Positions 39,503 to 52,700 are shown, counted from the first letter of the stretch. The stretch: DNA of 53,191 bases from an uncultured archaeon (GCA_964430885.1 CAYSHM010000022.1:1-53191); one strand, 5' to 3'. The notes: generated by a model from the letters alone, not told the origin. Numbers and translations: made by a program.

Positions 39503-40780
39503 TCATTTATTTGTTCTATAATAATAGATCACAACAAGGATGAATACCGCAGATATAATAAATCCATTCAAATCTGGCACTTCCTTTACCCAAGTTGCCT
39601 CTGAATTTTCATTATCGTATGTCACAGATCCTGAGGTCTTATAGTATATGGTGTTGAATTCCTCGTCCTCAAAGACCCTTGGAGGGGGACGTGATTTGTA
39701 GTTATATTCGAAATAATAATAATATTCCGCAAGATGGCTCTTGGTCCAAACACCTCCTTCAAAACTGTCCTTTATTCCATCGTCGGACCATTCCGCCAGA
39801 TGATGGCAGGTCCTGAATAGGAACAGTTCATTGACTACATCAATGGTGGCTACCTCGTAACTGCCGTCCTTTAAAGGTATGTAGACATTAGTCCAAGCAT
39901 GACCGAACCACTCTCCGGATTTTTCATCATACAGAAGACCTAAAGTTAACCATGAAGGAATTTCCAAACTTCTAAGTATGGATATCATCAATATTGACTG
40001 GTCATCACAATCCCCTTTTTTGGTAAGTATTGTTTCACTTGCCCTTGCCGGAGTTCCCTGTCTCCCAAGGGAATATTCGAAACCACCGCTGACTGTCATG
40101 TAGTTGTATACGTCCCACACAATATCATATACGTTCTGCTGGTTATCCGCAATCATTTCAGCGGCGCTTTTAATATGTGGGTTGCTGGGCTCTATCATGT
40201 GATTGTCAAATACGCCGTCGCTGTCTAAGTCATCAGGTCTTTTATCGTTGTTGGTATCCATGGCCCATTGATCTCCAAGATATTGGTCGCGGAGCGCTTC
40301 ATTGTCTATATCTGCCAGGGTGCCTGAATCACTTGTATCAATATTCCATTTCACAGTGTTGATGTCAACCTCATAACGAATTGTTATGGTATCTGTACCT
40401 AGATGATTTTTTTTCTGCCAGATCATTCGTTCTCCCATTTCGAGGGGAGTATCGGGGCTAGGGGTACACTGCAGCGACCTAATAAGTTGAATGTTGCCCT
40501 CTTGAGCAGTTCCTTCAGGCGGAAGGTCCGGGGGGAAATAAGTGCGTAAGATATAATCAATAGAGGATCTTTGAGCAGTTATGGTCTCTGTTCTGTCAAA
40601 TTCGAACTTGGCTGAGGCGGGGATGGTTTTGGACTTTCCATTCAATTCGCCGTCAAAGAGATCTGAAATTATGAAAATAGAAATAATTATTATACCCACT
40701 ACCAGTACATAGAAGAAGGGAGAATACCATTTCAGAGCAGTTAGGTCTGTTCTGATTCTTTTTATTCCTTTTTGTTTCAA
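39503..40780 (-). CDS. membrane-anchored transglutaminase-like (Cys-His-Asp) domain protein
   Basis: KGDCDDQS...LRSLEIPS, GHAW and IDV. Hydrophobic helices at both termini. Confidence 0.87.
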   Translation of the reverse strand: MKQKGIKRIRTDLTALKWYSPFFYVLVVGIIIISIFIISDLFDGELNGKSKTIPASAKFEFDRTETITAQRSSIDYILRTYFPPDLPPEGTAQEGNIQLIRSLQCTPSPDTPLEMGERMIWQKKNHLGTDTITIRYEVDINTVKWNIDTSDSGTLADIDNEALRDQYLGDQWAMDTNNDKRPDDLDSDGVFDNHMIEPSNPHIKSAAEMIADNQQNVYDIVWDVYNYMTVSGGFEYSLGRQGTPARASETILTKKGDCDDQSILMISILRSLEIPSWLTLGLLYDEKSGEWFGHAWTNVYIPLKDGSYEVATIDVVNELFLFRTCHHLAEWSDDGIKDSFEGGVWTKSHLAEYYYYFEYNYKSRPPPRVFEDEEFNTIYYKTSGSVTYDNENSEATWVKEVPDLNGFIISAVFILVVIYYYRTNK

Positions 40781-40870
40781 ATCGGTTTCCTCAATTTATT
40801 TCTGTGATAATTGGTTGTATTTTGAATTTTTAATTCTTTTAATGATGGGAGAAGGCATTTTAGGGATATT

Positions 40871-41743
40871 TCAACTGTTGTTCATCTGTTCAAGTATAAC
40901 ATCAAGTATCTTGACAAGCTGGGTTCGTTCCATTCCTTTTTCCCTAGCAAGCTTCTTTGCCTTCTTAAGGTCCTTCAGAGCGTAATCCTCAAGACCGGAA
41001 TAATGGTAAATGATGCCCCTCAGCCCCAATGCTCTTAAGCTATCATTATCATTGGTCAGTATACCGTCACATATTTCCTTGGCTTTTCCCAATTTACCCA
41101 TGCCCAAATATATTTCTGCTTTGCTGAGTGTCAATTCCTTTTTATTTTCATAACCGATATTCTCTGCCTTCTGGAACACATCCAATGATTCCTGGAATAT
41201 TTTCATTTCCATGAGAATCAAACCCTTTCTATAGAATATCTCTGCCTTTTCAATGCCACCATCCAAACATCTGTTGAAATCCACTAATGCTCTTTCTAGA
41301 TTTCCAATTTCATACAGAACGTATCCCCTGTTCTCAAAAACCTTCAAGTTGTCCTTTATCGATGCCGCATTGTCGAATGCTCTTAGAGCGTCCACCAAAT
41401 TACCGCATGAGGCTAAATAACATCCCATATTTATCAAGGCAGGCTGATATCGGTTGTTCAGTTCCAAGATTCTGTTGAAAAGATCCATTATCTCCTTATG
41501 GGAGCTGTAAAGTCCCGCCCTCAGCATACATAGGGTCATATTGAAGATGATATCCGGATCCTCTGGACTCTGACTGCTGGCTCTACGGAACAGATCCAAT
41601 GCTCCTTTGAAATCGGAATCCCGATATCTTTCCATCGCTTCCTTGATGATATTATTTCCATCTCCTTCAAATTGAATTTCCGCTGGAGAAGTTTCCAAAC
41701 CCTGCTTATCACCTATGCATACATCCAAATTCTTTTCAGTCAT
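40871..41743 (-). CDS. tetratricopeptide-repeat protein
   Basis: Several 34-aa-spaced units (N[MR]G..L...G....AL..F..A). Confidence 0.85.
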   Translation of the reverse strand: MTEKNLDVCIGDKQGLETSPAEIQFEGDGNNIIKEAMERYRDSDFKGALDLFRRASSQSPEDPDIIFNMTLCMLRAGLYSSHKEIMDLFNRILELNNRYQPALINMGCYLASCGNLVDALRAFDNAASIKDNLKVFENRGYVLYEIGNLERALVDFNRCLDGGIEKAEIFYRKGLILMEMKIFQESLDVFQKAENIGYENKKELTLSKAEIYLGMGKLGKAKEICDGILTNDNDSLRALGLRGIIYHYSGLEDYALKDLKKAKKLAREKGMERTQLVKILDVILEQMNNS

Positions 41744-41809
41744 TATTCTACTTCCTTGATGCTTTTTTATCAATCGTTGGTTTATTATTAATTTGGAGGT
41801 TCCTATTTT

Positions 41810-43072
41810 TTATTCCAGTGACGGAACCAAAGCCGTGGCCATTGGCATTATCAGAACCTTTGAGTCTGGCCCTTCCTCCTGTATACTCAAATCGAGGGCA
41901 TCTTGTACCGAATCCAAAGGCCTCATGTGGATCTTCTTTACCACGGAAGGTTCTAGGGTTGTGACTAGCATAATTTTGAATCTTTTTATCGCTTCAATAA
42001 ACTTTGCAGTCTTCTGGTAACCGAGTTTGTAGTTATTGGAAATGTGGTTTTCAATACTATCCAGATCATTTGATGAAGATAGAAGATCATAGAAAACAGG
42101 ATCGCCGATACCCTTTCTTGTCTTGCTCACGAAAATCATTGTCCCACCATCTTTCAGTGCCCGTTTGGAGTTCTCAAGGGCTTTCTGCGACTGATAGAGA
42201 CTGATATCCAAGGGATATTCCGCCACTGCCACCATTATGTCTGATTTCTGGGAAATCATTATTGAATTAAGCCTTTTGCATTCGGGAACTGCCGATAAAA
42301 ATGAGTTCTCCAGGCTTCCGCCAAAAGCTTTCCGGATCATTCCATCTCCCCCCAATACAAGCTGTATGCTGTAAATCCTTTTATTTTCGATCAAACCGCA
42401 GGCTTCCATCATATCCAAGTGAACCGGATTTGAATCCAGCTTCAGCAGTTTTGCTTCGGGATCCAATGAAAAGGAATGATTGTTCTCAATTGTATTGAAA
42501 AAGGACAGTCCTGGCAGGAATGCTTTTCGGCCACCAGTATATCCCGCAAAGTAATGAGGTTCAACAGAACCTATAACTAGAACATTATTGTAATTATCCA
42601 GGATTTTATCTAAGAAAACCTCGGTGCCCCTAGAAGTTCTGCCGTAATATCTATGTTGGTCCTTTTCCCTGGCTCGATGAATATGCAGCAGATCCTTAAA
42701 AGTATCATAGCTGTTTCCCAACAGGGATTGGATCTCATTTTCATTTGGAGGTGAATGGCTTCCAGTTGCAATTGATACACAAACTTTGTTAAAGTCGGAG
42801 ACCACCCACATCAATTGTTCCAGTATAACGAAAGAAGGGGTGGGACGGTTAGCATCATTCATTATGATCAAAAGGTCCCCATTTTCACTGTTTTTAATAT
42901 CGGCCAGGAATTTATCCAGTGAAAAATACTTATCTTCTTCAATGAGGGAATCCATAATTTTATAATCTGACTGATCTGCGAGTTTATCAACCGATGGCGG
43001 TAACAAAATTCCTTGCAGGTTATTCTCCGGAATTATTATATCATCGTGACCTGATCCTAGTTGAACTTTCAT
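41810..43072 (-). CDS. larA: nickel-pincer-dependent lactate racemase (LarA)-family protein
   Basis: ND..RPTP, IATGSH, EPHYFAGYTGGRK..LPG and YQSQKAL. SD GAGGTG upstream of ATG 43072. Substrate cannot be determined. Confidence 0.88.
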   Translation of the reverse strand: MKVQLGSGHDDIIIPENNLQGILLPPSVDKLADQSDYKIMDSLIEEDKYFSLDKFLADIKNSENGDLLIIMNDANRPTPSFVILEQLMWVVSDFNKVCVSIATGSHSPPNENEIQSLLGNSYDTFKDLLHIHRAREKDQHRYYGRTSRGTEVFLDKILDNYNNVLVIGSVEPHYFAGYTGGRKAFLPGLSFFNTIENNHSFSLDPEAKLLKLDSNPVHLDMMEACGLIENKRIYSIQLVLGGDGMIRKAFGGSLENSFLSAVPECKRLNSIMISQKSDIMVAVAEYPLDISLYQSQKALENSKRALKDGGTMIFVSKTRKGIGDPVFYDLLSSSNDLDSIENHISNNYKLGYQKTAKFIEAIKRFKIMLVTTLEPSVVKKIHMRPLDSVQDALDLSIQEEGPDSKVLIMPMATALVPSLE

Positions 43073-43776
43073 AACATCCACCTCAAATTATGTATATCGG
43101 GCCGTTAACTAAAGACGATAAATGCTCTTGGTCAGATATTCATCATTAATCTGATCTGAATTTAATCCTTCTATATGGAGTATTATTGATTGAAGTTATA
43201 CTGCACCAATATAATATCAAATATACCCGTATTATTATCCCGGATATTTTTTTTTATCAAGGATATGTAAATCTCAAGGAAAAATCTAACCTAATAAACC
43301 CTTATTAAAACCCCTAAAAATACTGCTTTATGAGAATAACTGTGGAACCTGCTTTCAATATCATCAAAAGTATTATTAATAATTTGATAATTGGGCGATA
43401 AAGTTCTATTGTTGAAAATATCATGAAAACAATTAGGATAACCATTAGATTACATACAAAATATAAAAAGGATGTAGAAAGGAGTATACCTTCCAATATC
43501 CCTGCACATGAACATATTGTTCATTAATAAATTTAAATCATCTATGGATAAAAATAACAGGAACACCATAACCTAAATAATGGGACTGAATTGAAATTCA
43601 TTCTAATTCACCTTAGAATCAATATTACTAGTAACTAGATATAATGAACCCGAACATGTTCTGATTCATTTATGAATCATCCTATGAAAAATCATCTGAC
43701 CCGATAAGAATTGCAATTATCCCTAGAGATCGCTCATTATCAGATCGGGATAATAAAAACAAAACGAGGAATCATA

Positions 43777-46700
43777 ATGGCGGAAGAAAATATAAGGCCA
43801 CAAGAATTGCTTAGGGGATCATCCGATCAAAGTGGCAAAAAAAATTCTCGAGTAATGAACGCACTAAAGGACCTGCAGTCGGTTATGGATGGGAAGATCC
43901 ATACACACATACGGGATATAAGTGAAGAACGGCTTAGATACGCCAACTCTACACTTAATAAACTTGAGCAGGATACAGGACAGGAGTTTCAAGATATCCG
44001 TTTCTATTTGGAAAAGGCCCAGGAAGCCCTCGATTCCAATGATTATACCAATATGGAGAAAATGCTTCAGGCTTTCAGCACAGCTGCTGAAAAACATAAG
44101 AAAGAACTCCTTACTGGCAGGTTGAGAACGGAGATAGATGAAGCTCGCTCTGACCTGGAGGTGCTCGATGAAGCGGGTGTGAATGTTTCATCGGGAATGG
44201 ATTATCTTGAAGATGCCCAGAGAAAGGTGGCTCTTGAAGATTATGTGAAAGCAGAGCAGATAATTCAGGATCTTTTTGATTTTATCAAACGGTGCAAGGA
44301 AAGGGATATCAAAGATATTGTCCAGGCCAGATTCGTTCGTGTTAAAAGAGAATATGAACGACTAATGAAATCCGATATAGATATCAGCGCTGAGAGAGGG
44401 ATATTCAAAGAAGCAGTACTGGCCATCAGAGAAATGGATTATCTGGGAGGAAGCATTCTCCTGAAGGACGTCAGTGAAAGGCTTAAACAGGCAGAGAAGG
44501 GATATATTGTTGAGAAGGGCCGCCAACTTCTAAACGAATATAGATCTACCTTTTCCTACCTAAAGGAAACTGATCATTTTGAAGAGGATTATTTATCGAG
44601 GATAGAAGCGGTCCTTGACCGGTTGAATGGGTCCCTGGCAGCCGGAAATGTTGATAGGATTCTTCCTGAAATGGAGATCGCCGAACGTGTTATGGAAGAG
44701 GTTGTCGCAAAGAAAGATAAGGTTGTGAAGGCCAAAAATCTCAGGAAAGATATCCGAGCATTGATTACAAGTGCGGAACAGCAGGACATTGATGTCAGAG
44801 AAGAAAGATGGACATTGGATGAGACCGACAGAATGTACGAACTTGATCTAGTGGATAAAATGCTTGTTAGACTTGAGGAGGCAAAAGGTTCCCTGGCTAA
44901 AAAGATAAGTATGAAGAAAATGATGGAAGCCCAGCATCATTTGGATCTGTTGAAGAGCGCTTTGGAATCCGAACCGCAGGCCATAAGGGATCACCCTGCC
45001 ATTAGAGCTCAATTAGAAGAAGCTGAGACCGCATTTGCTAATGAGAAATATTTAACTGTCATTGAAACATGCAAGGACATTTCCTCTCTCGTGGACCAAG
45101 TTCAATCGGAACACAAGATCAAGAGCATTGAGGCAAGGTTCCCGAAAGTAAAGGACAGGATCAATAGGAACAAGGAACTGAAGATCAAGACATCCAAGGC
45201 AGAAGCTCTTTATTACCAGGCGAAGCTATATTTTGAGAAAAAAGATCTGGATTCCACCCTGGAATGTTTGAGAATGTCCGAAGAGAACCTGAAAGAGTCC
45301 AGAATTAAGTGGGAAAGAAGGTCTCTTGAAGCTCCGTTTGCGGAAGTGAACGATCTTCTTGTTAAGGCTAGGAGCATGGGGGGAACGGTGAAGGATATCG
45401 TGAAATTACTGAAGAGTGTCAATGAAAATATCGAGAATCAGGAATTCGAAACTGCCCACAAGGAACTTGCCGGGGCTAAGGATGCGTTGAAGGTGATAAT
45501 CGAGAAGAGGTGGGACCAGCTTATCAAAAGGAAGATAAGTGAGATCAGAAAGAAGATGGAGGAAGGCAGTGAATTGGGTATCAGTATCAAGAATGAAAAG
45601 GAAGGAATACCCACCGTAAGAAAGTATCTTCATGATAATAATTATGAAAAGGCCTACGATTCCATAAAGGTTATCGAAACCTCACTGGATGGCAATATTC
45701 ACGGCTTCAAGAAGAAGATAAATGGCCCCAAAGTGGAGAAGGCAAGGGAAGACCTGGAGGCCTTTGAGAAAAAGTGGGGTAAGAAAATAGCTGCTCTTGA
45801 CCAATACGTTACAATGGCAATAGCCTGCCTTGAAGAGGGTGCCCATGATGTGCTTCTAAATCATTTGACCAATTTCTATGATATCAAGGAAAAATACGAA
45901 TCATCCCTGCAGCTGAATGCTTTCAGAAAACGGCTGGATGAGATTTCTGAAGAATTAGATAATTATGAAAACCTTGGCTTGGATGTTGCCAAAGGAAGAT
46001 CCCTGATAGGCGATGCTACCATTCACATGTCCAAGGAGGATGTTGTCTCATCTTCCGCCGTAATGGAGGAGCTTGAGAACTACACTGAAAAACTCAAAAC
46101 CGAGGAAGCCAAGGCCATAGCTAAAAGGAAATTCTCGGATGTGAAGAACCAGTTACTGGAAATGAAAAATGAAGGAATTCCCCTTGACAACGGGAAGAAA
46201 TGGATGAAGAGAGCTATTAGGGCAGTGGATGAGGAGGATTATATCAAGGTTATTTACTATGTGAACAGTGCGGATGATGCTCTAAAAGAGGATAGGAGAA
46301 TGGCTGATAGGCGCTTAACCATTCAAATACTCAAGGAGTTAACTGGATTGATATCTGAATCTGAAGAACTGGGAATCAATATCTCGGTTATCAAGGGTAT
46401 GATGAAGGAATCGGGCATGAATCTTGAGCTTGACCGCAACAAAAAAGCCCATATTATTGCAACTGACGCTCGCAATATACTTCAGGAGAAGATGAAGGAC
46501 CGGTACATGATGAAGGTCCAAAGGAGCATATCAGAGACTGAACGTATCATGGAAAGAGCCCAGGAAATGGGTGTGGATACCGGTGAGGAGAACAAGGCCC
46601 TTATTGTGGCCCGAAAACTCAGTGATAAACAGCAGTTCGGCTCTGCTGTCAGAGAGCTTGATAGTGTAGAAATATCATTAAAACGAAAGATCACCTATCA

Positions 46701-49700
46701 GGAAAAGGAATTGAACAGCAGAAAAATATCGGCCGCTCTGGATAATTATTTAAAATTACAGGAAATGACCGGCCGTCCCCTGAAGGACCTGAATAGTTTC
46801 TTGGATCGAGCCCGAAATGCCCTGGAAAGATATGACTATGACACCATGGACCACCACCTTCTGATGTACAAGGAACAGAGCGACCACTACAGGAAGAGAT
46901 TTTTAAGTGCTAAATACAAGAATCAGATAGATCAGTTCAGGACCAGGGCGGGAGCACTTGAATTCATCGGACTGGAAGCTGAAGGTGTGGCCGAAATGGT
47001 GGATTCGGCGGAAGGTTTCCTTTCCAGTGACAGATATGATGACCTGACCGAGATTTTAGATATCATTCAATCGTCCCTTGATCAAGCCGGGGAAAAAGAT
47101 GCCAAAGAGCTTGCAGTTGCTCTGCTTTCCGAAGCAGGGATGAAATTGAAAAAACTATCGGGTTCTGAGTACTCCATATCCTCAGAGTTGAAAAGTGTAG
47201 AAGAAGCAAAATCGTTATTCGATTCGGGTGAATTTGTTGATTCCTGCTCATCCCTTGTTAATGCTTTAAAGGATATCGATCTCATGATGGAACGTTACAA
47301 CAGGGCAAAAGTTATGAAGAGCATAAAGAAGGCCACTGTTTTCCTTGAGGGTCATTTGGAACACTCCTACTTCACTGATGATAAACAGCTTCAGTTCAAG
47401 GATATATTGGGTGAATTGAGGATATTGTATGAAGAGGATAGCATTCCCGAAGCTCTTGAAAAGACCGTAATCCTGAAGGAAAAGATAGATGAGTATCAAA
47501 ATGGTATCCAGTTACTTGATGACTTCAATAAACTGAATGATGAATGGGTGGAATTGGTAAATTTTGCTCACAAGGTGAACATCAAAATTGCCGCATTGGA
47601 GAAATCTTATCACCGAGCTCAATCCCTGGCTTCCGACGAACGTTTGGATGCCGCCATAGACATAGCGGGAAGAGTTATTAATAAACTACAGGATGAGATC
47701 AAAGACAAGCGGGCCAAGTACGCCCATTCCCTGCTAAAGAAGATCAGAGAAGACCTGGATAAGTACGGAAGATTACTGGATGACACCACGGAAATAAAGA
47801 AGGGTCTGAAAAAGGGCCTTGCACTTCTGGAAGAGAAAAAGCATGAAGATGCCATTCAGATAATGGATCCCCTTCATGATGAGATAGTGGAGAAAAGGAA
47901 TCGTTATCTAAAGGATAAGCTGAATGATATTCTCACTGAGAATGAGAGGATCATGATAGAGAATGAGGATATGGGGATTGACACCTCTGATATGGAAGTG
48001 GCATTTTATAAGGCCAAGTATAATTTCGAGAAGGGTAAATATGTTCTGGCCAAGGATTTCTGTGTGGAAGCTAAGAAAGTAGGTATGGAACAGAGAGAAC
48101 TGTATCACAAGGATAGGGCTGGGAGCCTTCTGGGTGAGGTCAGTTCTAAATACAAGAGAAATATGAAATTAAAGATAAGCGATGCCAAATTGAAGGATCA
48201 ATTGGATAAGGCCGCACAGCAGCTTGATTCCAAGGAATTCGCCAAATCCGTGGAGATTATCCAGAAGATTGAATCCATACTTGTGGAGGACCATAATCAA
48301 TATCTAAGGAACAAGATGGAGAAGGAACTTTCAGGTGTGAAGGACCTGATAACCGATCTTCAAAGCCACCATCATTATCCAGACGAGGAACTGAAACCCA
48401 TAGAGAGCTTATATTTGGAGATGAAGGGCCTTCTCGCAGGGGGTCAATTCATTGAATTGGAAAATAGAATAAAAGATTTCAATGGACGCATACCTTCAAT
48501 AAAGGAGTCCCTGGAATACTACGATCATTTGGATAGACTCGGTGAGGAGATCAAGAACACCGAACACAATTTCAGAGAAACAGGAATCGACCTTGTTAAA
48601 GAGAGAAGATTATTGAAGAAAGCAAAGCTTCTTGTGAAGGACCGAGACTTCAGGGAAGTAAAGGAACTGCTCAATTCTATTGACCAATCTATCAAGGATA
48701 AGGTAGAAGTAGCCAATATGAAAGAAGCCCAGTATATGCTCAGGAGAGCATCCGATATTATAGAAGAGAATCATGATCTGATAAAGGATGTTCTGCCTGT
48801 TGAGAAATATTTTGCCAAGGCCAGCGATCTAATAGACAAGAAGGAATACCGAAAAGCCACAGCTTCTCTCAGGACGTTGATGGACCAGATTATCAAGATA
48901 AAGGATGAATCAAGAAAAAAGAAGCTCAGGTCCTCTATTGAAACCGTCAAGGGAATAATAAAGGCCTTGGAGGATTTCGGTGAAAAGGTCACCTATTTCA
49001 ACGATCTTCTGGATCAGGCAGAGGCTGCTATGGACCGAAAGAATTATGATCTTTCCCAGAGGTTCATAACTAAGGCAAAGGACGCAGCCGTCAAGACCCG
49101 GGATGACCATTACAGATCGGAAACATATTCACTGCTTCCTGAAATACAGAAGATAGTTGGTGAAATATCCAGCTTCGGTTTTGACACTTCAGACATTGAG
49201 GGTGAGATACAATCAATCCATTCACTTCTGAAGGAATCTAGTTATTTCAAGGCACGTGTAAAGGCCCTGAAGACGCTGCAGAGATTGAAGGTTGTTAAGA
49301 AGGATCAGGCCAAGAACAAATTGGATCAGTCAACAAGTGAATTGAGTGTGAAACTGGATACCGCGGTGGAGTTCGGAATTGATATAGAGGATTTCAGGGC
49401 GGATTTTGATGAGAAGAACCGCCTGTTGGATGAGGAGAATTACGTAGAGGCACTGGACCTTATGGAAAGGGTGAAGGTCCAACTGGACAGCAATATAATC
49501 CAGGCAGTGCAAGAAAAGGCAGATAAGGAACTTTTGTCCTTTATGGAGTTATTGGATAATGCAGAATATTTGGGAATTGATATAATTGATCAAAGGGCTC
49601 TAATAACTAAGTTTGAGGAGAAGATTTCTCTAGGCAAATCGGAAGAAGTAATCAGGGCGCTTTATGAACAATCTCTAACAATAAGGAACAGCATACTGAA

Positions 49701-52700
49701 CAATGATATTGTACTTCTAAATTCCGAACTTGACGAATTGGAAGAAGAGACCCACCGGGTTTTATCCGATATACGCGAGCTTGTTCAGAATTTGAAGATA
49801 GATATTGAATACGGCAATATTGAAAAAGCCGAGAAAGAATTATCTGACGTACAGAAATTATTTGAAAAAAGGAACATATCTGTTAAACTTGAGTATTACA
49901 CCAACGCTATTTCCCAGTCCGAGTCCCGCCTTGTCAGGCTGAAGGGTTTATCTGTTGAATGCTCATTATTCGAGGATACCCTGAACCTGTCCAAAGAGCA
50001 TCTAAAACGATATGAATTCTCAGAACTCAAGGCACTATTGGCTGAATTGGGTGAATTGGCAGAGGAATGTGAGGGTGTCAGGGCCAAGGATAGGGCCAAT
50101 GAGATCTACAGCAATATTAGGCAATGGTCAGAACAAATTGGTTTGGATGGATTGAGTGAAGGGCTGGCGGATGACATTCTCAAGGTGGAAGAACTGATAA
50201 CTTCCAAGAGATATATCAGGGCTTGTGAGGTGGGGGAGGATCTTTTAGGTTCATTGAAAGGCCAATATGATGTTTTCCTTAGAGAACAGGTGAATCTCAA
50301 AATGAGTCAGGCAGAGGGATTCCTGGTATCCATTTCTGACAACCAGAATTTCCATACAGATTTTATATCCGAATTCAGAAAAACCATAAAGGAAACAAAG
50401 GATTTCATAAATGAAAATGAGCTCGAAAAGGCAAGTGAACATTTGATAATTGTTGATGAACGATTATCTGAAACCCAGAATCGTTTGGACATATACGCCG
50501 AGAACGAGAAATACCTGGAACTGATAGCGGTTCTCATGGATTCAGCGGAAGAATTGGAAATCGGGCTGGAGGAAGAACTCACTACAATGGAAGGAATAAA
50601 GGTTCAGAAGGAGTCAGGGGAGTTCCATTTATCCTTAGGATTGTTGGAAGGGATAAAGGAAAGTCTGGAGAATAAGATTGACCTCAAGAAGATGAAAAAT
50701 GCCGGAGGACTGTTTCAACAGATGCTGTCTTTGATTGAATCCAGCGGGGATATAGTGGACAATATCGAGGGTATTGAGGAATGGATATCCCAGGCCAAGG
50801 ATCATCTGGAGAATAAACGGTTTTCCGATTTCTCGGATGTCAGCAATAGAATAATCACAACATTGAACGCAGCCAAGGAAAAGGCCAGTTACGGAGAGAT
50901 CAGTTCATTGATTGAATCAACAATGTCTCAGATGAAAGAAGCGGAAGCTTTGGGTATTTCAATTGAAAATGCTGAGGACGTATTGAATAAGGCCATCGAT
51001 TATCTTGAGAAAATGGAATATGACACAGCTAGAAAATATGTTCTGCGTACCAAGGAAATAATCTATCAGAACCGGTCAGAATATTATGAAAAGGAAGCTC
51101 AAAAGTCTATTGAAGACCTCAAAGGTCTTGTGGAAGAGATGGATTCTGCCGGCGCCGATACAACCAAATTCCAGGTAATACTGAAGGATACCATTAAGAA
51201 ATTCAACAATAAACTATTCGAGGAGTCGCTGGTTCATTCCAAAGAAGGTTTACGTCAATCCGGAGATCATCTGAAGAATCATTATTTTGAAAAGGTTACT
51301 GCTCTTCTTAAAGAACTCCAGATCGCCTTCCAAAGTGCTGTGGAGATAGGAATCGATGTGAGTCAATCTCAGGAATTGCAAAAGGACAGCAATTCTTATC
51401 TGGAAGAAGAAAATTTCGCCAAAGCTGAAGAGACCGCCAAAAAAGCTATTGAAATTCTTAGGTCCGGCATGGATGATAAACTGAAAAGGGAAACTCTCAA
51501 GAGATTGGATAGGATCACTGAGTTATTGGACAAAGCCAACGAATTGGGAATACTGCTTGATAAGGAGATGAATACTGCATCATCAGCTAGGGAAGAGCTT
51601 GATGCTGGTAGACCATCCGTGGCATTGGAAATCTCCGAGGGCTTGATAAAGATTCTTGAAGAAAGGATATTGGAGGGTGTTAAATGGGATTTCAGAAGGC
51701 GTATTGACCAAGGTAGAAGAGAAGTAGACAGTATCGACTTGGAAATTTTGGAGAAGGATGAAATTGAGAAATTGTCAGTTCTGAATTCCCTTCTTGATAC
51801 CTTGGAAGGCCATTTTACCAGAGAGGATTTCAAACTGCTTGATGAGAGTTTTGTTGAATTCCAATCCATTTTGGATGATTTCAGCAGGGCTGAAGTTGTG
51901 AGAAGATATTCACGGTCAATTGTGGAACTAAAGGAATCTGCCGAACAGTATCAGAAACTTGGGATCCAAACGGATGAAAGTCTTTCCCTGATAGAGAAAG
52001 CAAGGGAATGTCTTTATGATGACAAACTCAAGGAGACATCGGAATTAATTGAAGAAGTAAATGCGTTTATGGAAAGCTGCTCCGTAAAGGGAGAGGCCGA
52101 GGTCAGTAAGATTATCTCTTCCATGAAGAAGGATATTGAAGATGCCATTTCCCTTAATGTAGATGTACCCGATATATCGGGGATAGAAAAATTAGTTCAG
52201 GTTTTGCTCGAGGAAAGGCGGATCATCGAAGCGCTGTCAACGGCTAGAAATGAGTGGAATAGGGTAATTGAGATACTAAGGGAGAAAGGCCGCGGCATAA
52301 TCCAGAAAGAAGTTAAGAAGCTCAACGTCCTATTGGAAGAGAGCATGAGTTTAGGAATTGATGTCCAGAAGGTGATGGGTGTTCTTTCTAAAATGGAAGG
52401 CATCCGTAGAAAGAAGAACATCAAGGAATCCCTTGAAATGGTGAAGAACGCCAGAGAGGACCTGGAATCCAGAATCGAAGTAGCAAAGGATAGGAAGGAA
52501 GCTGAATTAAGATCACGTTTAAATGAGTATAGACATGAACTAGTCAAATGGGCCGAGGAAGCCGATGCAGATGTGTCAGCTCTTCTCACCATGCTGGGTG
52601 AGATAGAGGGTATACTTGACAGCAAATTCATATTTGAAGCAGAATCGAGAATTGAGAGCTATAATGCTGCCTATGAGGACTTCAAGAAGACCATTGATAA

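Noticed and set aside
41810-43072. larA without larB/C/E as an anomaly
   Set aside because: The cofactor genes are often unlinked, and absence from a 53-kb window says nothing.
43085-43776. Replication origin or ncRNA gene in the long intergenic region
   Set aside because: No repeated ORB-like G-string boxes, no adjacent cdc6/orc1, and no GC-rich structured segment. The 60-aa ORF 43314..43496 looks like AT-rich noise.
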